Source of the DNA: an uncultured Gemmatimonadales bacterium | GTDB taxonomy: Bacteria; Gemmatimonadota; Gemmatimonadetes; Longimicrobiales; Longimicrobiaceae | NCBI GenBank assembly: GCA_963716255.1 | Contig: OY970303.1 | Location: 992,001-1,056,000 of the forward strand | DNA length: 64,000 bases | Reading direction: 5' to 3' | Part shown: piece by piece, positions 40,467 to 50,745 of the stretch | Position numbering within the stretch: the first letter of the stretch is position 1 | Layout of the letters: each line of letters begins with the position of its first letter | Program-made: the position numbers and the translations under genes | Notes under the pieces: generated by a model | What the model was told of the DNA's origin: nothing | The model's input: only the letters and a program-made list of their open reading frames with translations | Databases searched by the model: none

Positions 40467-41560
40467 CAGAACAGCCCGTAGCGGCGCGTCAGCTCCCGCA
40501 CCGGCGTGTCGCGGTCGAAGAAGATCTCCGTCAGCGCGTCCTCGAAGCGTCCTCCCAGCTCGCGGACGGCCCGGTACGCGGGGTCGCCGTCCGCGTCGCC
40601 CGGCGCGAGATCCTTGAGGTGCTTTCTCCACCCCGCATCGTCCAGCAGGCCCAGGAACTCGTCGTAGGCCGCCAGCAGGCGCGCGGCCGGCCCGGAAAGC
40701 TCGTCGAGGTAGGCCAGCATCACTCCGGCCACGACGTCCAGGGGAGTAGTCTTCACCAGGCCCAGCAGGTGGTCGACCACGTCCCGGGTGCTCGCGAAGG
40801 GGCTGGGCGTGGCGCGGGCGGGAAGGAGGAGCCCGCACGAGAAGCAGCGCAGGAGGCCGGACGTGTACATCAGCTTGCGAGACATCCGCAGCTTGGCCGT
40901 GCGCAGCGCCCACCCCTCCGCGTTGCGGGCCCTGCGCTTGTGGGCGAAGTCCACCGTCATGGTGCGCCAGTACCGCACCACGTCGTTCAGCAGGAAGCGC
41001 GGAACGCCGTACGGCGTGTCCCGCGCCCCGACCAGGTCCTCCTCCACGTAGCGCGTGAGCACCTGCCGCACCACCCGCTCGTACGCCTCGGGGTTGCCGA
41101 CGGGAGCCGACTCGAGCAGCAGGAGAAGCCGCTGCGTCGTGTTGCGGTTGGTGTCGTCGTCGCCGCCGATCCTGTGGACGAGGTCGTGGCTGAAGGTGAG
41201 CTGCCCGAACGCTCCTCCCCGGGTGGGCGGGCGCAGCTTCGCCTCCTGGAGCCGCCCCTCTAGACGGTTCGCGAGACCCAGGTGGTCGGCCTCGGCGTCA
41301 CCGTCCACCAGCAGCGTCCAGTCGATGTCGCTGCCGCTGGTGAACTCGCGGCGGGCCAGCGAGCCGAAGACCACGCACGTCGCGTCCTTCCGGTACGAGA
41401 GCAGCGGGTCCAGAACCGCCCTGAGCCCCCGGAAATGCTCGTGGGAGCTTTCCCGCGCCGCGTCGACGTGCGGCAATGCCATCCCCAGGCGCGCCTGCAG
41501 CTCGGTCAGCGGCGAAGGCGCATCCGCACCGGCGGGCAGAGGGCCGTCGGCGTCGAGCAT
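40466..41560 (-). CDS. Pol-beta superfamily nucleotidyltransferase with helical C-terminal domain
   Basis: FGSLARRE..SDID motif; IGGDDDTNRNTTQRLLLLLES, FLLNDVVRYWRT, KLRMSRK. Confidence 0.8.
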   Translation of the reverse strand: MLDADGPLPAGADAPSPLTELQARLGMALPHVDAARESSHEHFRGLRAVLDPLLSYRKDATCVVFGSLARREFTSGSDIDWTLLVDGDAEADHLGLANRLEGRLQEAKLRPPTRGGAFGQLTFSHDLVHRIGGDDDTNRNTTQRLLLLLESAPVGNPEAYERVVRQVLTRYVEEDLVGARDTPYGVPRFLLNDVVRYWRTMTVDFAHKRRARNAEGWALRTAKLRMSRKLMYTSGLLRCFSCGLLLPARATPSPFASTRDVVDHLLGLVKTTPLDVVAGVMLAYLDELSGPAARLLAAYDEFLGLLDDAGWRKHLKDLAPGDADGDPAYRAVRELGGRFEDALTEIFFDRDTPVRELTRRYGLF

Positions 41561-41564
41561 CCGC

Positions 41565-42611
41565 CTACAGGTACCGGCAGACCGCGTCGCCGGCCGCGGC
41601 GGTGCCGAGCGAGCCGCCCAGGTCCGGCGTGGTCTGCCCCTCGTGGACGGCGCGCCGCACCGCCGCCTCCATCCGCTCCGCCGCCCCGGCGTGTCCCAGG
41701 TGCCGCATCATCAGCGCCGCCGTGAGCACCGCCGCGAACGGGTTCGCGGTCCCCTTCCCCGCGAGGTCCGGCGCCGAGCCGTGCACCGGCTCGAAGAGCG
41801 AAACCCGCCCCGGGTGGATGTTGCCCGACGCCGACAGCCCCAGCCCGCCCGCCAGCTGCGAGCCCAGGTCCGAGAGGATGTCGCCGAACAGGTTGCCCGT
41901 CACGATCACCCGGTAGCGCTCCGGGCGGCGCACCATGTCCATGGCGAGCATGTCCACGTACAGCGCCTCGCTCTGCACGTCCGGGTACTCCTGCGCCACC
42001 TCCCTGAACACCCGCCGCCAGAGCCCGCCCGCGTGCTCCATGGCGTTTGCCTTGTCGGACATGGTGACGCGCTCCAGGGCGTTCTCGCGCGCGTACTCGA
42101 AGGCCGCGCGGACGATGCGCTCCACCCCCTTGCGGGTGTTCACGTCCTCCTGCACCGCCACCTCGTCCGGCGTCCCCTTCTTGAACACGCCGCCCATCCC
42201 CACGTAGACCCCTTCCGTGTTCTCGCGGAAGATCACGAAGTCCACGTCCTTTTCCGTCTTGTCGCGGAGCGGGGTCAGGTCGGGGTGCAGCAGCCTGACC
42301 GGGCGGAAGTTGATGTACAGGTCCAGCTTGAAGCGCAGCCCCAGGAGGATGTCGCGGGCGTGCTCGTTGCCCGGCACCCGCGGGTCGCCCATGGCGCCCA
42401 GCAGGATGGCGTCGTAGTTGGCCGACAGGTCGCGGAACTCGTCGTCCGTGAGGGTGGTGCCGGTGGACAGGTAGTGGTCGGCGCCGTGCGGCCACTCCAC
42501 CATGTCCAGCTCCGGGCCGGCGGCGGCGGTCACGGCGCGCAGGACCTTGACGGCCTCGCGGGTGACCTCCGCGCCGACCCCGTCTCCTGCGATCACGGCG
42601 ATGCGGGGCAT
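41565..42611 (-). CDS. leuB: 3-isopropylmalate/tartrate dehydrogenase family
   Basis: IAGDGVG, RENTEG, DKANAM, NLFGDILSD, FEPVHGSAPD. Confidence 0.8.
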   Translation of the reverse strand: MPRIAVIAGDGVGAEVTREAVKVLRAVTAAAGPELDMVEWPHGADHYLSTGTTLTDDEFRDLSANYDAILLGAMGDPRVPGNEHARDILLGLRFKLDLYINFRPVRLLHPDLTPLRDKTEKDVDFVIFRENTEGVYVGMGGVFKKGTPDEVAVQEDVNTRKGVERIVRAAFEYARENALERVTMSDKANAMEHAGGLWRRVFREVAQEYPDVQSEALYVDMLAMDMVRRPERYRVIVTGNLFGDILSDLGSQLAGGLGLSASGNIHPGRVSLFEPVHGSAPDLAGKGTANPFAAVLTAALMMRHLGHAGAAERMEAAVRRAVHEGQTTPDLGGSLGTAAAGDAVCRYL

Positions 42612-42721
42612 GCGGAGTTCTGGTTTTGGTGCGGGAGTTGGATTTAGCGGGGGTTGAGGGTGGGAAGGTATTCGAAGATGCAGGGGGGGGCAAGGCGGGT
42701 GTCCACGGGATTTGGCGCGCG

Positions 42722-42900
42722 GGGCCGCTCCGGAGCCGGACGATACGGCCGTCCGTCTCCTGCGCGGGTCGCGGAGCCCCGCCAAACAACCGGCGGGTCT
42801 CCGCTCCGGCTGCGGGAGCCTCCTCGGTCGGGCGCAAACAGCCGCGCCCGCCCTGCGGGGTCTCCCTCCGCGACATCTTTTGGGAACGGCGGGAAACTGC
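42722..42900 (-). repeat. Three-hairpin repeat, family B copy 2
   Basis: On the minus strand the loops are ggctgttt, ggttgttt and gccgtat, each flanked by GAGAC/GGCTC. Confidence 0.85.
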
Positions 42901-42975
42901 TCACGACAACAAACCCTCCCCCAGAATCGGGGGAGGGTGGCGAGCCTCAAGCGAGCCGGGTGGGGGCCCGTCGTC

Positions 42976-43494
42976 CTACCGCGCTGCTGCCCCCGCGGTC
43001 GCGGCCGCCGTATCCGGCGCCGCGGTCGACTTTGCCTGCGACATGGAGAACACGTAGGCGGCCACCGCGCGCAGCTGCTCCTCGGAAAAGGCGCCTCCGC
43101 CGCGGGGCGGCATGGGCACGGGGTGCTGCCTGGGCTCCGGGACGCCGTCTTGGACCAGGCGCAGGATCTCCAGGTAGTCGCCCGACACGTTCAGCCACTC
43201 CCCGTCGCGGAGCGACGGGCCCAGCTGCGTCCCCCGGGCGTCCGGCCCGTGGCAGACCACGCAGGTAGTGCCGAACTGCTTCCGCCCCTCCGCGACCATC
43301 GCCGCCGTCACCCCGGCGGGGAGCGGCGCGCCCGACGCCTGCGGGAGCGCCGAGTCGTCCGGCTCCGCCCGGGCGGCGCTCTTCGCCTTTCCACCCGCCT
43401 CCGTCTCCCCGTCCCGGCCGCACCCCGCGAGCGGCGCCGACGCCAGGGCCAGCGCCGCCACGACCGCAAACAGCTCCGCTTTCCGCATTCTCAT
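42976..43494 (-). CDS. c-type cytochrome lipoprotein
   Basis: Lipobox LAGC; CVVCH heme motif; GPSL..W; MPPRGG. Confidence 0.88.
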   Translation of the reverse strand: MRMRKAELFAVVAALALASAPLAGCGRDGETEAGGKAKSAARAEPDDSALPQASGAPLPAGVTAAMVAEGRKQFGTTCVVCHGPDARGTQLGPSLRDGEWLNVSGDYLEILRLVQDGVPEPRQHPVPMPPRGGGAFSEEQLRAVAAYVFSMSQAKSTAAPDTAAATAGAAAR

Positions 43495-43576
43495 CTCGGC
43501 ACGAGTCGATGCCGGCCCCAGCCCACCGCCGGATGCCCGCTCGCCGCGCCCTTGCAAGCGTCGTTCCGCCCCCGGG

Positions 43577-44302
43577 TCAGCGGTCGCCGGCCACGCGCTG
43601 CGGCAGGCCGCACCCAGCGCAGAACTTCCACTCCGGCTCCACCAGCTCCCCGCACCCCGCGCAGGGGAGTGGGCGCTGCGTCGCCCCGCAGTGCGGGCAG
43701 AAGCGCACCTCGCGCCCCTCCGGGAGCGGCGAGCGGCACGCGCGGCAGAGCGCCGGGCGCGGCGGCGCCGGCGCGCCCGCCCGCGGCGGGTGCGGCGCCG
43801 AGCGCATGGAGGGCGGCTCCGGGGCCGCGCCGCGCGGCGCGGCGTCGGGCATGGGAGGGCGCGCCGGCAGCGGGGCCGGCGGGATCGGTGCAGGCGCCGG
43901 CGGGGCGGCGGGCGCGGGAGCGTCCGGGTCCGCGGTCACGTCCTCGGGCGCGGGGGGCGTCGGCGCGGCCGGGCGGGGGCGCGGCGCCGGGTTCAGGCGC
44001 GCCACCACCGCCGCGTAGTCGCGGTACAGCCCCAGGATGGGGTTGGAGGCGCGCAGCTCGCGCTGCAGCTCCTCCTGCACCTCCGGGATCTCCAGCGACA
44101 CGTAGTCGCGCTCCCCGGCGAGCAGCCGCAACAGCGCGTGCTCATACTCCGGGAGCTCCGCGAAGCCCAGGTCCACCCGGGTGGTGCGGTAGGGGACGAG
44201 CTGCTGGTAGATCTCGGCGACGGTCAGCTCCCAGGACGTTCCCGGGCGCTCCCGGCGGAGGCTCTCCACCAGGCGCCAGTACAGCCGGTCGAGGGGATCC
44301 AT
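43577..44302 (-). CDS. Double zinc-ribbon domain protein
   Basis: C-terminal CRAC, FCPHCG, CAGCG, FCAGCG; Pro-rich linker. Confidence 0.8.
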   Translation of the reverse strand: MDPLDRLYWRLVESLRRERPGTSWELTVAEIYQQLVPYRTTRVDLGFAELPEYEHALLRLLAGERDYVSLEIPEVQEELQRELRASNPILGLYRDYAAVVARLNPAPRPRPAAPTPPAPEDVTADPDAPAPAAPPAPAPIPPAPLPARPPMPDAAPRGAAPEPPSMRSAPHPPRAGAPAPPRPALCRACRSPLPEGREVRFCPHCGATQRPLPCAGCGELVEPEWKFCAGCGLPQRVAGDR

Positions 44303-44306
44303 TCGC

Positions 44307-45359
44307 TCAGGGCGAGAGGGGGAAGGGCGCGGCCTGCGCCGCGGCGCCCGCGCCGTTCAGGTAGGCGCGCGCCTCCGCGGGGGTGGACGGCGAATCGATG
44401 ATCCGCTGCGCGGCGTCGGGGCGGCCCGCCGCGCGCAGCGCGCGCACCAGCCCCACCCATCCCGCCGTGGACTTCTGGTCCAGCTGCACCGCCTGCTGGA
44501 GCGCCTTCACGGCCATGTCCGGGCGCCCGGCGTCCAGCATCAGGAAGCCCAGCTCGCGGTTCAGCGCCGGGTCGCGGGGCGCCGCCTCCAGCCCGCGGCG
44601 GATCTCCAGGCGCGCCTCGTTGAGCCGCCCGCCCTGCCGGTAGATGCGGGCCAGGAAGAGCCGGGGGCGCGGGTCCTCCGGGTCCGCCTCCACGGCGCCG
44701 CGCAGGTGCGGGAGCGCGGCCTCGGTCCGGCCGGCGCGCATCAGCGCCACGCCCTCCTCCAGCGCGCGGTCGCCCGAGCCCCGGCTCCACGCCCACCACC
44801 CCACGGCCGCCACCAGGATCAGCGCCAGCGCGCCCAGCGCCCACCCCAGCCCGCCGCGCGGCGCGCGCGACTCCGGCGGCACCGGGTGCACCAGCGGGTC
44901 CTCCTCCGCGAACACCGGCTCCTCCGGGACGGGGACCGGCGCGGGCGGGGGGGCCTCCGCCTCCCACTCCAGCCGCTCCACGAGGCGCAGCGCCAGCTCC
45001 GCGTCGCCGGGCTCCGGGAGCCCGCCCTCGCGCAGGCGCCGCGCCCTCGCCGACAGCTCGTGGAACGCCGCCGCCAGCTCGATGGAGATGCGGTCGCGGC
45101 GCCGCAGCTCCGCCACCAGGTCGGCCGCGGGGAGCTCGTCCGGGGCGAGCGCGCGCAGCCGCACCTCCAGGGGGGTGTGCGGATCGTCGCGCAGCAGGCG
45201 CCGGAGCGACGCCTCCGCCGCCCCCGTGAGCTGCACCACCGCGGCGCGGCGCGCCTGCGGGTCCGCGGTCCCCTCCCGCAGCAGCTCGGTCGCGCCGGAG
45301 GCCTTCCGCAGCGGCTTCAGCGCGGCATCACCCTCGTCGTCCATCGGCACCACGCGCAC
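44307..45359 (-). CDS. Membrane-anchored TPR protein
   Basis: Central TM (WALGALALILVAAVGWWAW) followed by TPR helices. Confidence 0.75.
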   Translation of the reverse strand: MRVVPMDDEGDAALKPLRKASGATELLREGTADPQARRAAVVQLTGAAEASLRRLLRDDPHTPLEVRLRALAPDELPAADLVAELRRRDRISIELAAAFHELSARARRLREGGLPEPGDAELALRLVERLEWEAEAPPPAPVPVPEEPVFAEEDPLVHPVPPESRAPRGGLGWALGALALILVAAVGWWAWSRGSGDRALEEGVALMRAGRTEAALPHLRGAVEADPEDPRPRLFLARIYRQGGRLNEARLEIRRGLEAAPRDPALNRELGFLMLDAGRPDMAVKALQQAVQLDQKSTAGWVGLVRALRAAGRPDAAQRIIDSPSTPAEARAYLNGAGAAAQAAPFPLSP

Positions 45360-45487
45360 CTCCCGCGTTCAGCAGGTCGTCCCTCACCGGGGCGCACGCT
45401 CGTGGCAAGCGAAGGGCCCCGCGCCGGTTCCGCCCGCCCCTCATGCAAGGAGCGGGCACCGGCGCGGGGCCCCCGTACGAAACCGGC

Positions 45488-46636
45488 CTACGACTCGATC
45501 TCCAGGAGCCCGGCGCGGGCGCTCGCGCGCACGAAGGACTCCGCGTCGTCGCAGACCACGCGCTGCCCGGTGAGGACCCGCACCGACTCCGCCGAGCGGA
45601 TCATGAACGCCGCCAGCGAGTCGCCCGGGTGGGGAGAGGCGTCGCGCATGGCGCGCACGATCTCCTCCCAGCTCCCCGAGAACACCCGACCCTCCGGCGT
45701 GCGCACCCGGTGCGCCCCGGTCTGCACCGCCGCGGGGAGCGCCAGCGGCGCGGCCGCGGGCGGGAGCGCGCGGACCAGCGCCTCCACCTGCTCCAGCCGC
45801 GCAAGGGCGCGCTCCGCCGGGTCCTCGGCCTCGGCGGCCGCCTCGAACGCGGCCTCCACCTCGGCGAGCAGGTGCTCGATCTCGTCCGGCTCCCCCTCCA
45901 GTTCCTCCAGGCGGGTGCGCCAGGGGGCGAGCGCGTCGTCCGTTTCCGTCCAGCCGTCCTGCGAGCACTTGAGGTCGATGTAGCGCCACACGGACAGGGT
46001 GTCCCAGTGCTCCTGCGGGGGGACCCGCTCCAGGTCGCGGAGGGCGCCCTCGGCGTCGCCGCGGTCGTACAGCAGGTGCGCCAGGTAGATGCGCGCCTCG
46101 TGCAGCGCCGGGTCCAGCCGCAGCGAGCGACGCAGCTCGCGCCGCGCCCCGATGTCGTCGCCCAGGGCGTGCAGCGTGTAGCCGCGCGCCGCCGCCACCT
46201 CGGCGCTGTCCGGGTGCGCCGCCACCAGCGCGGTGAAGCGGTGGCGCGCGTGCGTGAACAGCCCCTCGCGGTACAGCGCCCGCCCGATGGCGAGCCCGAT
46301 CTCCAGGTCGTCCGACAGGCCCATGCCGTCGATGCGCCCGATGCACTCGAGCGCTCCATCCACGTCGCCGAACTTGAGGAGCGTCTCGCCGAGCCCCACC
46401 CAGGCGTCCTCGTACTCCTCGTCGATCTCCAGCGCGGTCTCGAAGGAGCGCCGCGCCCAGGCGTACTCTTCCCGGGCGATGCGGACGTACCCGATCCCCA
46501 CGTGCAGAAGCGCCGAGTCCGGGTGCTGGCGGACCCCCTCGCGGAGGACCTCCAGCGCGACCTCGTACTCGCCGGACTCGTAGAAGCGGTGCGCCCGCTC
46601 GTCGAACTCTTCGGAGCTCAGGAACGGATTCGCCAT
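45488..46636 (-). CDS. TPR protein
   Basis: MANPFLSSEEFDERAH start; multiple TPR motifs. Confidence 0.8.
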   Translation of the reverse strand: MANPFLSSEEFDERAHRFYESGEYEVALEVLREGVRQHPDSALLHVGIGYVRIAREEYAWARRSFETALEIDEEYEDAWVGLGETLLKFGDVDGALECIGRIDGMGLSDDLEIGLAIGRALYREGLFTHARHRFTALVAAHPDSAEVAAARGYTLHALGDDIGARRELRRSLRLDPALHEARIYLAHLLYDRGDAEGALRDLERVPPQEHWDTLSVWRYIDLKCSQDGWTETDDALAPWRTRLEELEGEPDEIEHLLAEVEAAFEAAAEAEDPAERALARLEQVEALVRALPPAAAPLALPAAVQTGAHRVRTPEGRVFSGSWEEIVRAMRDASPHPGDSLAAFMIRSAESVRVLTGQRVVCDDAESFVRASARAGLLEIES

Positions 46637-46851
46637 CGGTGCCCTTTCCCTGCGTTTTCTGGTGTCGCGGGAGCCCCGGTCCGCAGGCGGGCGGGGGCGC
46701 CCCGGCGCTCGCCGCATGCCACGCGGGAATCGCCGTTTACGAATATAATCCGCATCCTCCGGGCGACCAAGCCCCGGGACCGGGACCCGATCTTGCGCCG
46801 CGGCGCGCACGAGGGCATCTTGCACCCCCGCGCAACGACCCAGAGGGAGCC

Positions 46852-47205
46852 ATGTTCAACCTGTTCCGAAAGCGCCTCAGTGCGGAGGCCCGCCGCAAGC
46901 TGATGATCGCCGCCGCACGCTCGGAGGAGGCGGTCATCGAGACCCACATCGCCAACGCGCTCGACCTCCTGGACGACCTGGGCGACGAGGTGGACGTGGA
47001 CCGCGCCATGGAGATGTACGTGGACATGATGTCGCTCACCGAGACCGTCGCCTCGGTGGTCACCAACCGCGTCCTCGCACAGCTGGAAAGCACCGCGCCC
47101 CGCGGGGTGGTGGTGCGCGCCCGGCGCTTCGAGAACGTGTTCCGCGAGGAGCGCAAGCCGGAGCAGGGCCGCGGCAAGCGCGACAGCGGCCGCCCGCGCC
47201 GCTAG
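46852..47205 (+). CDS. Hypothetical protein
   Basis: GGGAG RBS, MFNLFRKRLS; coherent helical sequence with high GC3. Confidence 0.7.
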   Translation: MFNLFRKRLSAEARRKLMIAAARSEEAVIETHIANALDLLDDLGDEVDVDRAMEMYVDMMSLTETVASVVTNRVLAQLESTAPRGVVVRARRFENVFREERKPEQGRGKRDSGRPRR

Positions 47206-47511
47206 CTCCGCCCGTCCGTGGACGCCCCGCGCGGGCCGGCCCTTCCCGGGCCGGCCCGCGCTTCGTTTCCGGACGCCGCCCCGACACCGCACGGTTCCTG
47301 TACACCCCGGGCAACGCGTTGCTCCGCAATGACTTGCCCCGGCTACCTCCCCGCCACCGTCCAGAATCTCGACACCCGCCGCCCCGCCGCGTCCCGCCTT
47401 CGCCGTCCCTCAAGCGACCACCATGCAACGAGTTGAGCCGCGGCACGGAGCGCGGACCGGCGCTTGCCTTCCTGGGGTCTCGTCCGCTGCACCCCCAACC
47501 CAGGCAGAGCC

Positions 47512-47850
47512 ATGATCGCACAGGCAACTCCCGCAGCCCGCCCCCTCAGCGCCCCTGGCACCCCCGCGATGGTGGGGAACCGAGTTCCTCTCCCGCACCG
47601 CTTCCACATGATGGATGGGCGGACCATCGTGGGGGATCTCCACAAGGCGCCGAGCGCGCGCCTGGCGGACCACCTGTCCACGCTCAAGGGATACATCTCG
47701 GTGACCAACGCCTGCTGCGAGGGCTCCGGGACCCACTTCCCCTACATCGTCGTGAACCAGGCCAACATCCTGTTCATCGAGGAGCTCGCCGCGCCGGCCG
47801 CCACGGTCAAGGTGACCACGCCGGGAGGGATCGGCCATGTTCCACGGTAG
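47512..47850 (+). CDS. Hypothetical protein
   Basis: GRTIVGDLH..RLADHL..YISVTNA..VNQANILFIEE; overlaps the start of the next gene. Confidence 0.6.
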   Translation: MIAQATPAARPLSAPGTPAMVGNRVPLPHRFHMMDGRTIVGDLHKAPSARLADHLSTLKGYISVTNACCEGSGTHFPYIVVNQANILFIEELAAPAATVKVTTPGGIGHVPR

Positions 47851-48856
47851 AGTGCTGGTGGTCAGCGACCGCCGCGAGGTGGTGGACGAGCTGGACCCCG
47901 TGGTCCGGGCGGAGGGGCATCTGACGCTCACCGTCCCGAACGGGGAGGAGGCGCTGCGTGTCTTCGAGGAGGGGATCATCCCCGACGTGGTCGTCACGGA
48001 CCTGGGGTCGGGCGGCTCGCTGCAGGGGATCGGCTACCTGCGCCGCTTCCGCGAGCTCAACCAGCTGGGCCAGCACCTGGTGGTGGTGGAGTCGGGCGCG
48101 CCCTTTTCCGGCACCGCCACCGGCTCGTCCGCGGCGGGCTTCCGCGTGGAGCCGTTCACGGTGCTCCCCCGCCCGCTGGACCGCGAGCGGGTGCGCGGCT
48201 GCATCGCGGGCGCCATGGAGCGCATCCGCGCCGACCTGCAGTCGCTGCGGGGCGAGATGTTCCGGGAGACGGCCCGCCTGCAGCGCGCCATCCGCGAGGC
48301 GCAGCTGGAGATGGTCACCGCGCTGGCGATGACCATGGAGGCGAAGGACCCGTACATGCACGGCCACTGCTCGCGCGTGGCGGAGCTGTCGCGCCTGGTC
48401 GCCGTGGAGATGGGGGTGGACGAGGCGGACATCGAGATGCTGCACGCGGCGGCGCTGCTCCACGAGATCGGCAAGATGGGGGTGTCGCTGGAGCTGCTGC
48501 ACAAGACCACCCCGCTGTCGCCGGAGGAGCTGGAGCAGATCCGCGCGCACACGCGCGTGGGCGCGCAGATCGTGGGCGCCGTTCCCTCGCTGCGCCGCAT
48601 CGCCCCGCTGATCGCCAACCAGTACACGTCGTACGCCGAGCTCCCCGAGCACATCTCGCCGGAGCTGCCGGAGTTCCTCCTCGCCGGGATCCTGCGCGTG
48701 GTGGACACCTACGACGCCATGACCTCGGACCGCTCCTACCGCGAGACCCTTCCCCGCGAGCTGTGGGAATCGGTGCTGCGCGGCGGCGCCGGGAGCAAGT
48801 TCCACCCGGAGGCGGTGGTGGCGCTGCTGAGAGTGGAACGGGGAGTGCGAAAGTAG
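47837..48856 (+). CDS. REC + degenerate HD-GYP domain protein
   Basis: REC-like N-terminus (PDVVVTD); EAKDPYMHGHCSRV, LLHEIGK, VVDTYDAMTSDRSYR, FHP. Confidence 0.85.
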   Translation: MFHGRVLVVSDRREVVDELDPVVRAEGHLTLTVPNGEEALRVFEEGIIPDVVVTDLGSGGSLQGIGYLRRFRELNQLGQHLVVVESGAPFSGTATGSSAAGFRVEPFTVLPRPLDRERVRGCIAGAMERIRADLQSLRGEMFRETARLQRAIREAQLEMVTALAMTMEAKDPYMHGHCSRVAELSRLVAVEMGVDEADIEMLHAAALLHEIGKMGVSLELLHKTTPLSPEELEQIRAHTRVGAQIVGAVPSLRRIAPLIANQYTSYAELPEHISPELPEFLLAGILRVVDTYDAMTSDRSYRETLPRELWESVLRGGAGSKFHPEAVVALLRVERGVRK

Positions 48857-48877
48857 AACCGGCCGTACGAAGTACGT

Positions 48878-48912
48878 GACGACGCCCCCGCCGGGATCTC
48901 CCGGCGGGGGCG
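48878..48912. terminator. Bidirectional hairpin between convergent genes
   Basis: acgcccccgccggga-tc-tcccggcgggggcgt; relatives at 10170-10200 and 14401-14431. Confidence 0.7.
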
Positions 48913-48916
48913 TTCT

Positions 48917-49075
48917 GCCGTTCTTGCAGTATCCATATGATCTTCGACGGAGGGAGACTCGCCGGCTGTTTGGCGAGGCTCACTCCGGCGAGGTGAGACC
49001 CGGAGGCAGTTTCCCGGGGCTCGCCGAGCCCGCGGAGGAGACCGGCAGCAGTACCGCCGGGCTCCGGAGCGGCCC
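48917..49075 (+). repeat. Three-hairpin repeat, family B copy 3
   Basis: gagac-tcgcc-ggctgttt-ggcga-ggctc; gagac-ccgga-ggcagttt-cccgg-ggctc; third unit; tail cggagcggccc. Confidence 0.85.
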
Positions 49076-49097
49076 GCCAAAGCCCGAGGCAACGAAA

Positions 49098-50465
49098 TCA
49101 GTTGCGGCCGACGGCCTCGAGCGCGTACAGGCGGATCTTGTTGTGGAGCGTGGCGCGCGAGATCCCCATGGCCTCGGCCGCGTGGGTGCGGTTGCCGTCC
49201 AGCATGACCAGCGTGCGCTCGATGTGCCGGCGCTCCATCTCCTCCAGCGTCATCAGAGCCTGGTGCTCGCGCACCGGCGCGGCGGAGGGCGAGGGGGTGC
49301 GCACCTCGGGCGGGAGGTGCTCGGGGAGGATGATGTCCTCGCCCAGGGACAGCACCAGGGCGCGCTCCAGCACGTTGCGCAGCTCGCGCACGTTCCCCGG
49401 CCAGCCATAGGCAAGCAGGAGCCTGAGCGCCGCCTCGGAGAGGCGCGGTGCGCCGCGCGGGTGGATGGCCCGCAGGTCGCCCATGAGCCGGTGCACCAGC
49501 TCGAGCAGGTCCTCGCGCGAGCGCTCGCGCACGGGCGGGAGGGTGAGGGGGAGGACGTGGAGGCGGTAGTACAGGTCTTCGCGGAAGCGGCCGGCGGCCA
49601 CTTCCGCCTCCAGGTCGCGGTTGGTGGCGGCCACCAGGCGCACGTCCACCTCGATCTCGCGGGTCCCGCCCAGCCGCCGGAAGGTCTTGCGCTCCAGCAC
49701 CTTGAGCAGCTTGGGCTGGAGGTCGGGGGCAAGGTCGCCCACTTCGTCCAGGAAGAGCGTCCCCCCGTGCGCCACCTCGAAGAGGCCGCGCTTCATGGTC
49801 TTGGCGTCGGTGAAGGCGCCCTTCTCGTGCCCGAACAGCTCGGAGTCCAGGAAGTTGGCGGAGAGCCCGGCGCAGTTGACCTCCACGAAGGGGGCGCGCG
49901 CCCGCGGCGAGTGGGCGTGCAGCATCTGCGCGACCCACCCCTTGCCGGTGCCGCTCTCGCCCAGCAGGAGCACGGTGGTTCCCTCGGAGGCGGCGAGCAG
50001 CTCCACCTGCCGCGCGATCTCGCGCATCCGCGACGACCCGCCCAGGGTGGAGGTGTGGCGCCCCTCGGCCAGGCGCCCGGCGAGGGTGCGGTTGGCGCGG
50101 CGCAGCTCGGTCTTTTCCATCGCCCGGGCGGCGGCGGCGGCCAGGTGCTCCATCTCCACGGGCTTGGTGAGGAAGTTCTCGGCGCCCAGCTTCATCGCCT
50201 CCACCGCGGTCGCGATGTCGCCGTGCCCGGTGAGCATCACCACCGTGGCGTCGCGGGGGACAAGCACCTCCAGCGCGTCGATCCCGGAGATGCCGGGGAG
50301 GTGGAGGTCCAGGAGGACCAGGTCGGGGTGGACCGCCTCGTACAGGCGGATCCCTTCTTCGCCGGTCATGGCCCGGTGCACCTCCCACCCGGCGCGCTCG
50401 AAGAAGCGGCCGAGGGAGCGGATGACGTCGGGCTCGTCGTCGATGAGGAGGATGGAGCGCTGCAT
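49098..50465 (-). CDS. Sigma-54-dependent response regulator (NtrC/AtoC family)
   Basis: REC domain; GESGTGK, ELFGHEKGAFTDA, FLDE, WPGNVREL; Fis HTH. Confidence 0.94.
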   Translation of the reverse strand: MQRSILLIDDEPDVIRSLGRFFERAGWEVHRAMTGEEGIRLYEAVHPDLVLLDLHLPGISGIDALEVLVPRDATVVMLTGHGDIATAVEAMKLGAENFLTKPVEMEHLAAAAARAMEKTELRRANRTLAGRLAEGRHTSTLGGSSRMREIARQVELLAASEGTTVLLLGESGTGKGWVAQMLHAHSPRARAPFVEVNCAGLSANFLDSELFGHEKGAFTDAKTMKRGLFEVAHGGTLFLDEVGDLAPDLQPKLLKVLERKTFRRLGGTREIEVDVRLVAATNRDLEAEVAAGRFREDLYYRLHVLPLTLPPVRERSREDLLELVHRLMGDLRAIHPRGAPRLSEAALRLLLAYGWPGNVRELRNVLERALVLSLGEDIILPEHLPPEVRTPSPSAAPVREHQALMTLEEMERRHIERTLVMLDGNRTHAAEAMGISRATLHNKIRLYALEAVGRN

Positions 50466-50745
50466 GCTGCCGCCTGCTGGGGGAACGTTCGGGGACGGAG
50501 TGTACGTTCCGGAGTGTCGGCGGCGGGCGGCGCGGACTGAAGGACAGGGGACAGCCGGCAACGGCGACCCCCTCCCCCGGCCCCTCCCCGCAAGGGGGAG
50601 GGGAGTACGGCACCGACACCCCTCTCCCACGGAGAGGGGGAGAACGACGACGCTGAGGTGCGGGAAGCCCTCCCCCAGAATTGGGGGAGGGTGGCGAGCC
50701 TCAGGCGAGCCGGGTGGGGGCCCCGCGGACGCCAGCGCAAAACCC

